64,000 bases of DNA from Heptranchias perlo (lineage: Eukaryota), in NCBI RefSeq assembly GCF_035084215.1, contig NC_090326.1, forward strand, positions 25,358,001-25,422,000, written 5' to 3'. Shown piece by piece: positions 38,788 to 51,793 of this stretch. The notes below the pieces were generated by a model that searched no databases, had not been told where the DNA came from, and saw only the letters and a program-made list of their open reading frames with translations. The position numbers and the translations under genes are program-made. Numbering within the stretch: the first letter of the stretch is position 1; the number at the start of each line of letters is the position of its first letter.

Positions 38788-39300
38788 ACGGTCGCTTGCC
38801 ATTTTAATTCCCTGTCCCTCTTTGTCCTCGGCCTCTTACACTGTTCTAATGAAGCTTAAGGAACAGCACCTCATCTTTCGATTAGGCACTTTACAACCTT
38901 CCGGAATCAACACTGATTTCAATAACTTCAGATCATTAACAATGCTATTTTTTTGGACAGCAATTGCTGCTAATGGTTCTGCTGTTGCCATTTACAGCTC
39001 CTCTGGACCCATCTTTTGTTTCTTTACTTGTCCCATTACCACCCTCCTTGCCTTGCACCATCGTCCCTTTTGTCATTTAATCACTCCAACCTATCAGAGA
39101 CCTTCCCTTTTGATCTTTCCTCCCCTCCTCACCCCCCCATCCCCACCCCTTTGTTTGACTCTGTATTTGCTTAAAAACGGTTTAATCTTTAACTTCTTTC
39201 TGTTCTGATGAAAGGTCATCGACCTGAAACGTTAACTCTATTTCTCTCTCCACGGATGCAGCCTGACTTGCTGAGTATTTCCACCATTTTCGATTTTTGT
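38788..39300 (+). mobile_element. Penelope-like 3' terminal fragment (pLTR-like)
   Basis: Near-copy of 36725-37240 (KLKEQHLIFRLGTLQPSGIN and 3' UTR). Confidence 0.88.
39202..39236 (+). ncRNA. Minimal type I hammerhead ribozyme motif in the Penelope terminus
   Basis: GTT-CTGATGA-A-AGGTC-ATC-GACCT-GAAACGT-T-AAC: conserved CUGANGA and GAAA boxes, 5-bp stem II, palindromic stem III, short stem I. Confidence 0.6.
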
Positions 39301-41637
39301 AACAGCTAAAATAACTTGTTTTTTTTTCTCCCCTCCCTTCCCCCCCCCACCCCCCCCCCCCCCAACTGATGTCCAGGGTTATAGTTAGAGCTGTGCAATA
39401 ACTCATCATTTTGTACATGATATCTGTGTAGTATATACACCATGGTAACTGAACTTGAGGCTCTTGCTAAAGCCTGATTTTTTAAAATTGAGCCACAGAC
39501 AGGAAACCTCATTCCAGCTCGGTGACTCACCGATACATATTCTATTTTCGGCTAAGGCAGCACTGGTCATAAAATACATTTTTTCTCTTCCAGCCAATTT
39601 TGTTCTCTCTTCAAAATTGGTTCACTGGTTCTGGTTGCTCTCTGGTTCCTTGCCCAAGTGTGCATTGGTGTCAGCAGATTACTGGATCAATGAGGGGGGG
39701 GGGGGGGCCACAAATCAGTCAAACCTGCTCCTCTACTCATCCAACATTCACACACAAACACCAGTCCAGCATGGATCTCTGAGCCGTGAAAAGGCAGCAG
39801 GAACCTTGGCCAATTTTCCATTTCCTCACGGAGCAGCATGGAGAAACAATTTTAGCTCTGGCTGCAATCAGCTCGCTCAGTGCAAACTCCAGGCATCAAA
39901 CCTACAATCTTTATGGCTCAGCTACTTGATGCTGAAAATCAATATAAACCATTGGAGGAGTCCTCGGAATTCAAACTCCCCAGCAGGAATCGAGAATTAA
40001 GAAACAGAATTGTTCACTTCTGGACAGGACTAATTCAAATTAAAGATTTTTAAGCCACCCCCCACTTGGGAGAGGTCCATAAGGATGGCAGGTGTACAAG
40101 GTGCTCTTCTGCAGATGGGAGTCAAGGCACCTTGCTGGAACAGGATGGAAGGATCTTGCAAAGACAAGTTGCACCCCTGAAAATGAAGGATCTACACCCA
40201 AAATATTAACCAGTCTTGATCGCTTTTTAAGAGAAGGGCCTGCTGTTTTTATTTTTGTGTCTTGGAAATGTGAGGAGAGATTAAACACTGGAACGGATAC
40301 ACAGAGCGCTCCACTATTTCATAAAATCAATATGGCTCGAAGAAAGCTATAGAAGAACAAACTTGCATATTTATATCACGCCTTTTATGTCCTAAGGGTG
40401 CCCCATAGCGCTTTACATCCAATGAAGTACTTCCGAAATGTAATCACATAGGAACATTTTAAAGCCCATTTAATTCATCCTTTTCAAGAAAAAAAACCCT
40501 ACAATGCTCCCCATCGCAGCATCCAACTATTCCTAGAGTTCCAGAGTCTTTGCTTCCAATATCCTACCGAGAAATCCATTCCAAGTGTTATCATTGTGCA
40601 CGAGAAGACAGTCATGACATCAGTCATGAATTTGCCTTTTGCCAGTTTGCGCATTTTCATAATTTACCACGAAAGTACTTTGCATTTCTATCTTTTTGTC
40701 AAACACTTAATTCTAAAAATATTTTGTAGCACTTATACCCACAGATTGTACGAAGGTAGAGTAGGCCAACGACAGACTCTCCCCCGGTGTCGTTGCTTTA
40801 AAACATATTTAGATTTTAGTACTAGTGAGAGAAAGAGTCAGAAGACAAGACTAGTGAGTTGTAATGACTAAATACAGTAATGACTGGAGCAATTTTGGAG
40901 ATGAGAGGCTGTTGAATGAAAAGGTCTTGACCAGCACATACATCTAATCGTCCATAGGTCATAATAATTTCTGTAGCTGTAACTTCCTCATGGTATCAAA
41001 TCAACTTAAAACCACAAAGTTAATCTGTACTCAAGTTCAGGGACAGCAATGCTAAGGGAAAGAAGAAACATTTTCTCTTTTGGCACTCAGTGTCAGTAAT
41101 CCCAAGTCAGAATCTTCTGCTGTATCCCACTCTAGCTCTCTCTCTGCACTCAGAACATCTTCATCCAAGTCTCCTGCATTCAGCCGATGGCTGCTCGCTC
41201 CTTTCTGCCTATAAGCTTTACAAATCGTGCCTTCCCCTTCTTCTTCTTCTTCCTCCCCCTCCCCCCCCCCACCCCCACCCGCACCCTCCCTTTTAATTCC
41301 TCTGTTCTTCTATTTTCATTTACATTGCCTGAGTGCAATTAAGAACCTGTCCTGCATTCCCAAATAAATACTTTTGAAGAATGTCTATTTATTCACGACA
41401 GATCTATCCTTGAGTGTTAATCGCTGGTCTGTCACCAAGATAGCCTGAAGTTTGTCCATCTAAAAAGGTGGATACTAGGGTTTAGTTACACAAGTCCATG
41501 GTTTCCCCGGGTCAGATTTATATTATCACATCACGGTCACCGTCACTTAGCAGTTCAAATACTTCCAATCCCTGGACATTCTATGGGTCACTCACAAGAA
41601 CTAAGAGAGCTGTCCCTTGTGAGCTGCTTGACACAAT

Positions 41638-42366
41638 GGCCCAGAATTTGCTGGAGCGGGGCATCTCAGCATGTGCTGAGAGTCTCACCCTTCAGATCCA
41701 ATTATTTTTGAGCCATAAATTGCTGGACGTGCAAGCTGATAACAAGGTCAATGGGCATCTGGGACCTTGGTGAATGATGGGACCAATAGTCTATCTCCTT
41801 AAACAATTAAATTTAAGGATCGAGAAAGTAACCAAGCGAATGACTGAGAAGGAAATAGGGTGAATTAGAGTCAAATTAAATACAGAAAGAGAGAGGGAAA
41901 GAAAAATTGGATTAAGAGAGAGTAAAAAAGAGACAGAAAGGAAAATTAAGAAAAATGAAAAAAAAATTAAATTTGAAAATGTCCAGGAACAATTTACTAT
42001 CTGCCAGAGTGAAATTCCAAAATTTCAATTGTTCCCTTTCTGGGCAGCCAAAGTTGAGTGGCATTGCAGGAACATAAATCACCCTATTAACAGGGTCCTT
42101 ACGCTGTGAAAAACCAGCCCTAACTTTCTGAAGCGAGTTTAATTTGAATTTACGGTGCAAATCCAGCAATTTCTTGAAACTCATGGGAAGGTTGATGGCA
42201 AGCTCCCATTTTCGCGAGGCTAACAGCAGAGCTGCGTAAATCGTCCAGCAATTTGTGGTGATTTGTGGTGTGCATCTCTTCCTCGCCACAAATTGCTAGA
42301 CGATTTACACACTAATAACGGTGTGCGTATTAAACTCGCCGTTATTTTCCCAGCAAATTCTGGGCC
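41638..42366. mobile_element. Non-autonomous Harbinger-like MITE (about 730 bp)
   Basis: Perfect 17-bp TIR GGCCCAGAATTTGCTGG / CCAGCAAATTCTGGGCC; 3-bp flanks AAT / ACT. Confidence 0.75.
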
Positions 42367-42729
42367 ACTGTGTCAAGAAGCATTGACCAGTTCAGAGACC
42401 TTTCCACTTTGTGTTGGACTGGTTGCAGTCTCCTAACAATGCTATTCACCCTTCTTGCGAAGGTGACATCGCTCCCTTATTTTCATCTGGCAATCTGCAG
42501 CAAACCCCAAATATAGCCGCCTTCTCATTCCACACATGTAGCCAAAGAATTCCACACAGTTGGTACTAATCTGGACCATATGAAACATTGCTGTTGCTTT
42601 TATCAGCTACTTGTGTCTTTAGACTGCTTCCTCCTAAATCACTGAAGATTTGCAGGGGCGGGGGGTGACAGAAGGACAAACAGTTGAGTCCCATGCATAA
42701 AATCTTAACTACATCTGAAATCTGGTCCA

Positions 42730-43115
42730 ACACCTCTATTTTAAAATTCTCATCCTCGTGTTCAAATCCCTCTGTGGCCTCACCACCCCCCTACCTGTAA
42801 CCTATTCCAGCCCTATGACATTCAGAGATCTGCGTGTTCCTCCAACTCTGGCCTCTTGTGCATCCCCTACTCCTTTGCCAAACCATTGGTGGCCGTACCT
42901 TCAGCCATCTAAGCTCAAAGCTTTGGAATTTCCTCCCATAACTTCTCCGCCCATCTCACCCCTTTTAAGGCCCTCCTTAAAACCTACTTCTTTGGCCAAG
43001 CTTTTAGTCATCTGTCCTTATGTCGTCTTCTTTGGCTCGATCTCAATTTTAGTCTGATAATGCTCCTGTGACGCGCCTTGGAACGTTTTACTATGTTAAA
43101 AGTTCCATATAAATT
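42730..43115 (+). mobile_element. L2 LINE 3' fragment
   Basis: FKILILVFKSL-type C-terminus and tail GCGCCTTGGAACGTTTTACTATGTTAAA. Confidence 0.75.
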
Positions 43116-43319
43116 TGGAAGGTTCCGAATCATGCTGTGATAGGATTACACAAGGGCCAGAAGCCCTCCTATACCTTAACCAAGTGGTCTTCACTTTATT
43201 TACGCATGAGCCTAGACAGAGAGTTGCAGCAGGCTAGGTGGCGTTATAGCTGAGCCTAATCTTACTCTCTCCAGACATATATACATACACACACACACAC
43301 TTATACAGACACAAAAACA

Positions 43320-43530
43320 CTAACTTTTTAGCAGGAGTAATTTGATAGCAATGAGGAGCCAGAACTTTGACAGATTTTTCCCTCCCTTGCCCAAGGATGT
43401 TGAGGCCAATTAAAGCATTCCCACCACTGCTACTGTCCTGGTTGACATCAGCTAAATCAGCACAGGGGAGAGTGGCTCTGTGTGACTTAGTGTCTACACC
43501 ACACGATGCATTGATCCAATGAGCCCTCGG
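43320..43530 (-). mobile_element. Old tRNA-headed SINE (a second family; related pieces at about 39780-39930 and 46440-46590)
   Basis: Reverse complement begins GGCTCATTGGATCAATGCATCGTGTGGTGTAG; shares TGAGGCCAATT/TAAGGCCAGTT and GATTTTTCCCT segments with the other pieces. Confidence 0.45.
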
Positions 43531-45838
43531 GATAACTTGCTATGTCTATTTCTAATGAGGAATAAATTAAATATTTCAATAGTTTAAAAAGTATATATAC
43601 GTACACCAATGAGGATAATTGAATGAGTTATCCTCATTAATATGTTGCTTTAGAAACAGTCAGCTACCTAGCATACACAGAATAAAAGTAGAATCAAAAT
43701 GCTAATCAGATCCTGATGAAGATTTCAGAAGGTTAAATAATTAACTGCAAACAGAATTCTTCCTTTCCCTTCTTTGAATTCCTGCAGCAAGAAAAGCTGT
43801 AAATCCCTGACAATTTTACACATGTACCTGACATTTGGTGTGTTCAAGAACTTTAAATGCACCTCTAATCAATGACAAGTTGATGCAAGTGGATTACAGT
43901 GAAATATTAGCTGATAAGCAAGTAGTTAGTATAGGGGTTGACATACATCAGACTGCAGGACAAGGTCATCAATTAAAATGCAGGTGTGGGGAGCCTGGGT
44001 GTACCTGTGTGCATTACAGATTGTGATATGCTCTATCCTCATTGCAGCACTGTCTGGAGCCCAAAGCCTTGCACTTCGTAACAGAGCAATGCATTAAGTG
44101 TCAGATATCAGCTTTGTATTTAATACTGTTATGGCTGAGGTCCACTAGCCTTAATCAGGTCACTGAAGTTTACAGGGCATATTTGTAGATGCGTAAAGTT
44201 TTTAAATCAGGTTTGCTTTTGCACCAGCATCCTGGGAATGGCTCGTTTCCTTTGTCACTGAAACAGCCTCATCATTTCAGCTCCATCATTCCTTCTTTTC
44301 TGCTTCAATGCCAAGCTACTTCAAAGGGACATGTATCCAAACTGGCTGTTTTGGGCAATTGCTTTCCCCTACAAAAAGGATGATGATGATCCCTGTACAC
44401 TACAGCTGGGAAAGTTAGACTAGTTTCAAATCAACAACAGTTTTGAATTAAAGGAACAATCCAAATTGAAAGCAGTACTGCGTGGATTTTGTTTCCCCCA
44501 CAGACTGTGGTAAAACCTACCAAGCTCTGGGAACATAAAAGCTAGCTCAGAAATAAAATGATACAAGTTTGGGTGGTGTAAACAGTCCAGTGCCATGTTC
44601 CTGCTCATTCCCAGGAATTATAGGCAAAATGCTTTAGAGCAGAGATGTATTGCATTGATGAAATTCAATTCCAGGTCAAAGAATGAATCAGAGTATCCAA
44701 TGCAAAGAGCATTAGAAGGAAGCGTTCAAACCCTAGTGCACTGAAACCAGTTTCTCGAGGTAGTGAGCATATAGCCCAGAGGCATGAAAGTGGTGCACTC
44801 CATCATGCCTAGGATCCCATGCAACAATTTCTGAATGCCACAATCTCTTACTCACAATTAAATATAAAACCCAAACCGCATTTAATTTGTGCCACATAAG
44901 GCTTATATGTACCGAGGTGTGCAAATAGACTGAGGTACTGCTTAAGCAGTTAGCCACTAATATCAACATTATGTACTGAATGCAGTAAAGAACTGCAAAA
45001 TTATGTGTCAATAAACTTATAGTAACAACATCATGATACTCCAGTCTTATCGTCATCAGCAAATCATTGTCGGCACAAAAACAAAAATTTAAGTATAAAA
45101 CACATGTTTTTTTTTAAAAATAGAATATGTAATAGCCATTACCTTTAGAGGAACCAGGGCCTTCCTGATGTGGCTTTCTGTGGCCCTAACCCAGTGCTAC
45201 TGCTGCTCTCATGGCTAGAGCTGACTAGGTATTGGCTCCATATCCTTCGCAGCAACTCCAGTCTCTGTCCTACTGCCAGCAAGAGAGGGGGAGAGGGTGG
45301 AGGGTATTGTCACCACAATGGCTGCCAGCACATAGTCTCCAAGATGGCCAGACTTGGTCAACATGCATGTACTCCAACCAGCAGCCTGGAAGTTCAATCA
45401 ATAGCAGCACACTCCCTACCCCCCCCCCCCCCCCACCCAGACAAGGAAAAACATTTCCCTGTAGGGTCGAAGGAGGGCTTTGGAGATCTTGTAGAGCCAT
45501 AAAACCTCCCCATTCCTAAGATAACAGGCTGTAAAACTGGAGTCATGCCAGGAAAGTAGGGAAACACACGCACAACATCCCGATCCCCACTGATCACTGC
45601 CAACCACCAGCTGGATGTTGGTGATTTTCAGCCAGTTATATACCCAGGGTTCAGCTGGGAAACGTAAACCACTTCAGCTTCACTCATTATCTGCTTCATT
45701 AACTGAACCGTCAAAAGTGTTAATGGTTGTCCACAAAAGACAAGTCACAGCCCCCCTCACAAATTTATTGACCCATTCTTTAAAATTTTTACAAACCTTA
45801 GAAGTCAACAGGTTTTTTTAAAAAAAATAAATCTTTAC

Positions 45839-45890
45839 CTTTTCCAGGGCTTCCCGATCAATAATTTCTTGCACAGCCAACAACTTGATG
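45839..45890 (-). CDS. EEPD1: EEPD1 internal coding exon (52 nt; likely equivalent to human exon 3)
   Basis: tgtttttcag|C ATC AAG TTG TTG GCT GTG CAA GAA ATT ATT GAT CGG GAA GCC CTG GAA AAG|gtaaag translates as (x)IKLLAVQEIIDREALEK, matching recalled human EEPD1 IKLLAVQELLDREALEK. Ends in phase 0. Confidence 0.93.
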
Positions 45891-46699
45891 CTGAAAAACA
45901 GGAAAGGCAATACTTCGGTAAATTAATTTCTCTCATCCAGCACACTTGCATATTCAAGACATTTGTTCAGGTGTTGTTGGGGCTTCCAAGGTTCACCACG
46001 TCACACCACATGACATTCTTGGAAAAGATCACAGTGGAAATACTTCCCACAGCAACTTCCAGGCTGTTTGCTTACTGTTTTTTGGACAAAGTCACAATTG
46101 TAACACCTTCGTTGGCAAAGTTTCAAACAGTAGACCAAAAATAGCGCTATTAAACTTGTCCTATTGAAAGTATGACCCCATTTTTCCCTTTGGGAAATAG
46201 TCACGGTTGGTAAGCTGTATCTAACTTCCATTTGAACTGAGGATTACCAAAGACCTGGGCCATTAGAAAACTGCAGAAATGTTAAAGATAGAATTAGGAG
46301 AATTACACAAAACTTCATCCTTCGACAAAATAGTCCTAACTGTGGTTACGCAACAGTATTTTCCAACATGGTGCGAGAGCTTTTAAACCTGCAAATGAGC
46401 TCTCCCATATCCTGTCCTCATCCAACATACACATTTCCAGCAAGGAGTCTCTGGATAACAAATCAGAAATGGAAACCCAAGCTGATTTCCCCCTAACTCA
46501 AGGTGCTAAGGCCAGTTCCAACGCCTCTGCCCCCGTCCAGGCTGGGGATCGAACCAGACTATCCTTGTCCGCGAGTCTCAGCTACACATGGTCTCTTGTG
46601 ACGGCTAAGGCAAAGTTCCTCAGGATAGACTGCGTACCGAACAAAGAAACTTGACTAGGCTGGATTTATTCCTTTTACCTCTAGTGAACATGGCAGACT

Positions 46700-47835
46700 G
46701 GTCAAAAAAGTAAAAGCCCATGGGATCCCAGGGAAAGTGGCTAGTTGGATCCAAAACTGGCTCAGTGGCAGGAAGCAAGGGTAATGGTTGACTGGTGTTT
46801 TTGCGACTGGGGGAAGGCCGTTTCTAGTGGAGTTCCGCAGGACTCAGTACTAGGTCCCTTGCTTTTTGTGGTATATATTAATGATTTGAACTTGAATGTG
46901 GGGGGCTTGATGAAGTTTGCAGATGATACAAAAATTGGCCTTGTGGTTGATAGTGAGGAGGAAAGCTATAGACTGCAGGAAGATATCAATGGACTGGTCA
47001 GGTGGGCAGAAAAGTGGCAAATGGAATTCAATCCAGGGATGTGTGAGGTAATACATTTTGAGGACAAACAAGGCAAGGGAGTAGACAATAAATGGGAGGA
47101 TACTGAGAGGTGTAGAGGAACAAAGGGACCTTGGAGTGCATGTCCACAGATCCCTGAAGGTAGCAGGAAAGGGAGATAAGGTTGTTAAAAAGGCATACGG
47201 GATACTTTCTTTTATTAACCAAGGCATGGAGTATAAGAGCAGGGAGGTTATGCTAGAACTGTATAAAACATTGGTTAGGCCACAGCTTGAGTACTGCATA
47301 CAGTTCTGGTCACCACATTACAGGAAAGATGTGATTGCACTAGAGAGGGTACAGAGGAGATTTACGAGGATGTTGCCAGGGCTGGAGAATTTTAGCTATG
47401 AGAAAAGATTGGATAGGCTGGGGTTGTTTTCTTTGGAACAAAGGAGGCTAAGGGGAGATTTAATTGAGGTATATAAAATTATGACAGGACTAGATAGAGT
47501 AGATAAGGAGGACCTATTTCCCTTAGCAGAGGGGTCAGTGACCGGGGGCATAGGTTTGAAGTAATTAGTAGAAGGATTAGAGGGGAGCTGAGGAGAATTT
47601 TTTTCAGCCAGAGGGTGGTGGGGGTCTAGAACTCACTGCTTGAAAGGGTGGTAGAGGCAGGAACCCTCATCCCATTAAAAAAGTACTTGGATGAGCATTT
47701 GAAGTGCCATAACCTATAGGGCTACGGACCAAGTGCTGGAAAGTGGGATTAAGCTGGATAGCTCTTTTTCGACTGGCACAGACACGATGGGCTGAATGGC
47801 CTCTTTCTGTGCCGTAACCTTCTATGATTCTATGA
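46700..47835 (+). mobile_element. CR1 LINE, 5'-truncated RT
   Basis: GVPQDSVLGP, KFADDTK, VRPQLEYCIQFWSP, LRGDLIEVYK; tail TTCTATGATTCTATGA. Confidence 0.92.
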
Positions 47836-48734
47836 ACACGACTGCCTTTTTTCAAAATTCTGCTTCAATGGACGCTGACTATGTCCTGCTGATGACTTAC
47901 TGGTCTGCAGACTGAACCTCTCCAGCAGTCAATACAATGGCAGATTTCCCCTTGCCCCAGAAGCCAATCACATTTAGTTCACTTCACAGTGCCAGCTGGC
48001 AAGAGTTCACCTCATTACTGGTTCTTTTTGTACATAGTTCACTCCAGCAATTTGAGTGCGTCTTAAATATTTACACTAATGCAATTTGGTGAAAGTATAA
48101 AGTAATGCACACTCAGATTCGGCTATTAAAATATTCCCAGTTTGTTTGTTTTCATATACAAGACACTAAGGATATCAAGCAAAAGTATAATGCTTTAGAG
48201 AGATAGATGTTGGTCTGAAACACAAAAATAAAAAGAAGTCCACAGCTCCTTAGCAACAGAGACTTGTTTGTGAAACAAAAACAGTAAATCTGAAGTCTTA
48301 CTGAAACAAATTCCTAAAGCTAAAGTGCATGGTAAATTTTGTCTGTTGCCTTTTATCAAGGGAGCTTCAAAGAACTCACCAGATATTGAACAAGTTGCCC
48401 ACGACTAGGGGAAAAACACCACTAAAAAAATTGTAACGCTCAGCCAGAGTTCTGGGAGGCACTTGAGTACAGAAGGCTAGATTATGTACCGGTGAGACTG
48501 TGCTTCCTCATTGTTTGAGAACAGGTTAACCATCCCCTTCCCCAATATCCAAAAAGGATATTACAGTCCTCTCATTCGGGAGGGAAATCAACTAGGAAAC
48601 CTGTTCCTTCAAAAGAAAACTGTTCTGATAGTAATGATTTAATTAGAATGTTCTTGAACCTGGATTGCTGACAGAGCAACGTGGACAGTGGATTAATCAG
48701 AATAAATATGGAGGCAGATGCATTGAAATGCTTA

Positions 48735-49870
48735 CATAGAATGTACAGAACAGAAACAGGCCATTCGGCACAACAGATCCATGCCGGTGTTTATGCTCCA
48801 CACGAGCCTCCTCTTTCCCCACTTCATCTAATCCTATCAGCATATCTTCCTATTCCTTTCTCCCTCATGTGCATATCTAGCTTCCCCTTAAATGTTTCAA
48901 CTACTACTTGTGGTAGCAAGTTCCACATTCTAACCAGTCTCTGGGTAAAGAAATTTCTCCTCAATTTCCTATTGGATTTATTAGGAACTATTCTATATTT
49001 ATGGCCCTTAGTTCCGGTCACCCCTGCAAGTGGAAACATCTCTACATCTACCCTATCAAACACTTTAATAATCTTAAAAACCTCCATCAGTCTTCTCTTT
49101 TCTAGAACAGCCCCGGCCTGTTCAATCTTTCATGATAGGTATAAGCTCTCAGTTCTGGTATTATCAGAGTAAATCTTTTTTTGCACCTTCTCCAGTGCAT
49201 CTATATCCTTTTTATAATATGGAGACCAGAACTGTTCACAATACTCCAAGTGTAGTCTAACCAAGGTTCTATACAAGTTTAACATAACTTCTCTGCTTTT
49301 CAAATCTATCCCTCTAAAAATGAACCCGTGTTTGGTTTGCTTTTTTTTAAAAAAATGACCTTATTAACCTACGTCATTACTTTAAGTGATTTGTGTATCT
49401 GTACCCCCTGATCCCTCTGCTCATCTACCCCATTTAGACTCTTATTATCCAAGCAATATGTGGCCCCCTTATTCTTCCTATCAAAATGTAATACCTCACA
49501 CTTATCTATACTGAAATTCATTTGCCAATTACACACCCATTCGGCAAGTTTATTAATGTTGTCTTGTATTTTGTTGCAGTCCTCCTTGGTATTAACTATA
49601 CCCCCTAATTTGGTGTTGTCCGCAAATTTTGAAATTGTATTTCCAATTCCCGAGTCCAAATCCTTTATGTAAATGATGAACAACTGTGGTCCCAGCACTG
49701 ATCTTTGGAGAACACAACTTCCCACCTTTTGCGAGTCTGAATATCTACCTTTATCCTCTACTCTCTGTTTTCGGTTTTGTAGCCAGCTTACTATCCATTC
49801 TGCTACTTGTCCCCAACTCCACATGCTCTGACTTTAGTCATGAATCTACTACACCTTACCTTATCAAAAG
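48735..49870 (-). mobile_element. CR1 LINE, 5'-truncated
   Basis: QRSVLGPQLF, KFADNTK, FFTQRLVRMWNLLP. Confidence 0.88.
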
Positions 49871-50454
49871 CCTTTTGAAAATCCAAATATATTACATCTG
49901 GACTCGTTTCCTGTACCTTCAGGACACCCTTGACAGTGTACTTCTCCTCTGTCTCGTCTTCCCACAATCTATTATTTGGAAAAAAAACCCACCTGCAATC
50001 TGGGGGAAAAAGGCCTTTGGTTTTAGGGCTGTTAACGTTAATGCTGAGTTAACAAACTGCTTTGGCCAAAGACAAAATTGCTTTCACTTCCACCTGCGGC
50101 AGTATTTGGACCGTCAACTTGAGAGTTGATTTCACAATTGAAAGAAATGCTATGGCAACCATTCAAACGAAACCAAACAAAAGGCTCCCAACAGCTGAAG
50201 ACACTGCACTGAAAATATCAATTGGCTTGGTGGGGGGGGGGGGGGGGGGTGGGGGGAAGAAGATGAGAAGAGAAAGACTGTGTCAGTCAAGACCCTTGTG
50301 CTGCTTTGGCAAGAGAGGCATCAATGGAAGGTTCAGCATTGAGAGTTATTCCCCACTGATATAAAGTGCTTAGCCCATTATGATGGCTTCAGATGTGCCA
50401 AAAACTACAGTGAAGCACCCAAGCAGTGGTTCAAGATCGAAAGGCTGTCACTCC

Positions 50455-50845
50455 TCATCCACCAGCTTAAACATCCACTCTCTCCACCATCGGCATACCG
50501 TGACTTCAGTGTGTCCTCTCCACAGGATGCAATGCAGCAACTCGCCAAGGCTTCTTCGACAGTACCTCCCAAACCCGCAACCTCCACCACCTAGAAGGAC
50601 AAAGACAGCAGATGCATGGGAACACCACCTCCAAATTCCCAACTTGGACATATACCAATGTTCCTTCATCATCGCTGGGTCAAAATCCTGCAACTCCCTG
50701 CCTAACAGCACTGTGGGAGTACCTTCACCACACGGACTGCAGAAGTTCAAGAAGGCTCCCCAACATCATCTCAAAGGCAACTAGAGATTCGCAACAAATG
50801 ACGACCTTGCCAGCGACGCCCATATCTCAAGAATGAATAAGACAA
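50455..50845 (+). mobile_element. Family B LINE 3' fragment
   Basis: LNIHSLHHRHTV...GLQKFKKA..HHLKGN followed by the family tail. Confidence 0.85.
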
Positions 50846-51073
50846 AACTCGTAAACAAAGTAAAGAAAATGAAATGTTAAAAAGTGTAAATCATGAACTT
50901 AAACTATATATTATGTAGATATTCCATTCACACACAAACACCACCTAACAAGCTACTTCATCACTGACTCACATTACTCCGTGCAAGCACAGTCATGCCG
51001 AGAAACCTGGATGCATCAATGGATCACTCTTGTAAGCACCATGCGATCAAAATGTACAGTGTATTCATAAAAT

Positions 51074-51078
<5 letters not shown>

Positions 51079-51119
<41 letters not shown>
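51079..51119. repeat. (AC)n microsatellite
   Basis: About 20 perfect AC units. Confidence 0.95.
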
Positions 51120-51124
<5 letters not shown>

Positions 51125-51614
51125 TTTATGAATGTATAACAGCTTCAATGTGAATGTACCTTCGTGAGAATCCAATAAAAAAGCCTATCCTCTAACCTAC
51201 CAACTGCAGTGCCACAGGAGATCATCTGGTTAATACAAAGTGTCAAGCAAACACTTCTAGAAATACTCAGCACTGATTTGTACTCTGCAAATCATTAGTA
51301 TGTGTCAGCGGATTCCCCAACACTTCTGAAGGCTTGAGCGCACCTTCCTGTTTCCGACATGTGTGATGATGCAGAGCCCACAGGCCAAACGCATGGTCAG
51401 TTTGCTTGGGATAACAACTGCTGACAGGAGAAAAGTTGTGTGACAGCAGCAATATGCCAACAGCTCACAGGCAGTCACATGCCGAGGGCTCAGCTGATGG
51501 TCCTGAACAACAATCTTAAAGGCTGTGACAAATGCAAAATACTTCAGTTTTTTGTGTCTTGTTAAGCAGTCAGCTGGTTAGGTGTTGTTTATTATATTCC
51601 ATACACCCATATCA

Positions 51615-51793
51615 ACAGATTATCTGGTCATCATCACGCTGTTCGTGGGAGCTTGCTGTGCGCAAATTGGAAATTGGCTGACATTTCCTACATCACAACA
51701 GTGACTACACTTCAAAAGTACTTCACTGGCTGTAAAGCACTTCGGGATATCGTGAGGTCATGAAAGGCGCTGTAGAAATGCAAGTCTTTCTTT
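51615..51793 (+). mobile_element. DeuSINE 3' part
   Basis: CAGATTATCTGGTCAT...GTGACTACACTTCAAAAGTACTTC...GCAAGTCTTTC. Confidence 0.8.

Noticed and set aside
39455-40000. 181-aa plus-strand ORF
   Set aside because: Non-ATG start, no recognisable domain, and it crosses a poly-G run and a SINE remnant.
43608-43638. Hairpin AATGAGGATAA...TTATCCTCATT as a possible miRNA
   Set aside because: The 11-bp AT-rich stem is too short for a pre-miRNA and is plausible by chance in 64 kb.
51063-51133. 11-bp inverted repeat ATTCATAAAAT/ATTTTATGAAT flanking the (AC)n tract
   Set aside because: Short, AT-rich, with no TSD or other support for a MITE.
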